Assembly (NCBI GenBank): GCA_030390025.1
Contig: CM059432.1
Span: 37,884,001 to 37,948,000 of the forward strand
From: Squalus acanthias
Lineage: Eukaryota
Reading direction: 5' to 3'
Length of the DNA stretch: 64,000 nt
The notes under the pieces are model-generated. The model searched no databases and was not told the origin of the DNA. It saw only the letters and a list, made by a program, of their open reading frames with translations. Each line of letters opens with the position of its first letter. Positions within the stretch are counted from its first letter, which is position 1. Below, piece after piece: positions 63,300 to 64,000 of this stretch. The position numbers and the translations under genes are program-made.

Positions 63300-63780
63300 A
63301 TGAGTCTCTTCACGTGCTAAGAGATGTAACTAGGTGGAGGAATTTAGGGAGAGAGTTGCATAGTGCAGGTTCCTGGTGCAGAAAGCTCTGTCACTAAAGG
63401 TGGAGGATGCATTGTAGACCAGAGCAGGAAGAGAGATGGGGACAAACTGGGGCACAAGGCTGGAGGAGGTTGCAGAGATGGGGTGGACAAAAGCCCCAGG
63501 GATTTGTAAATGAGGATAAGGATTTTCAAGCTGGAAGACGGTTAGGTGGGAGCAGGACATAGTACGGACTAGGATGTGCACGACAGAGTCCTTAGATGAA
63601 ATAGAGTTTGTGTGTGGTGGTGTTTGGAAGGAGACAGTTAAGAGAAGTCGAGCCTGGAGGTAACGAATCATGAATGAGGGTTTGAGTGGCAGTGGGGTTG
63701 GAGTAATCATTCAGGTGGGAAATGCTGCAGTGATGGAAATAGGCAGTCTGGAGGTCAAATGTTATCGTGGGTCGTAAGTA
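63300..63780 (-). mobile_element. Old L2 fragment
   Basis: Reverse-complement similarity to the L2 3' region at 39420-39900. Confidence 0.65.
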
Positions 63781-63963
63781 CAGAGTGCCAGGATCTGGGG
63801 CAGGCGGGAAGCGCACGAGACAGTGCCAGTGGAAGGCCCAGGCCATTTACCATGTTGCAGCATGGACTCCTGCCCAAACCCGGTGGGAGTGAGGAGTAAG
63901 CTGGCAGGCTGGCAGGTCGCCACCGGGGACCAAAGGAACCGTCCCTGGCACTAAAGTAAGTTG

Positions 63964-64000
63964 TGATGCGGAGATGCCGGTGTTGGACTGGGGTGGACAA
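63964..64000 (-). mobile_element. End of a second copy of the Penelope-like element, cut by the window edge
   Basis: 36/37 identical to 47358-47394. Confidence 0.8.

Overview
Vertebrate genomic DNA. The repeat content (CR1/L2 LINEs, Deu-domain SINEs, Penelope tails) points to a cartilaginous fish such as a shark; this is an inference. The whole window lies inside one minus-strand gene that the ORF track does not show. Nine small GT-AG exons (26-94 nt, 3230-58946) splice in frame into 162 codons resembling the middle and C-terminal part of TMEM241 (SLC35D4). Its first and last exons lie outside the window. The introns are packed with decayed transposons: CR1 and L2 LINEs, several SINE families, PIF/Harbinger elements (one ~9.3 kb two-gene copy carrying five nested insertions), MITEs, probable hAT relics, a candidate solo LTR and Penelope-like relics. 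The most striking structure is a young 207-bp Penelope-derived insertion (47361-47567) with a perfect 13-bp target-site duplication. It forms a perfect 83-bp-arm palindrome with a minimal hammerhead ribozyme motif on each strand. All family assignments rest on recognised motifs, not database searches.
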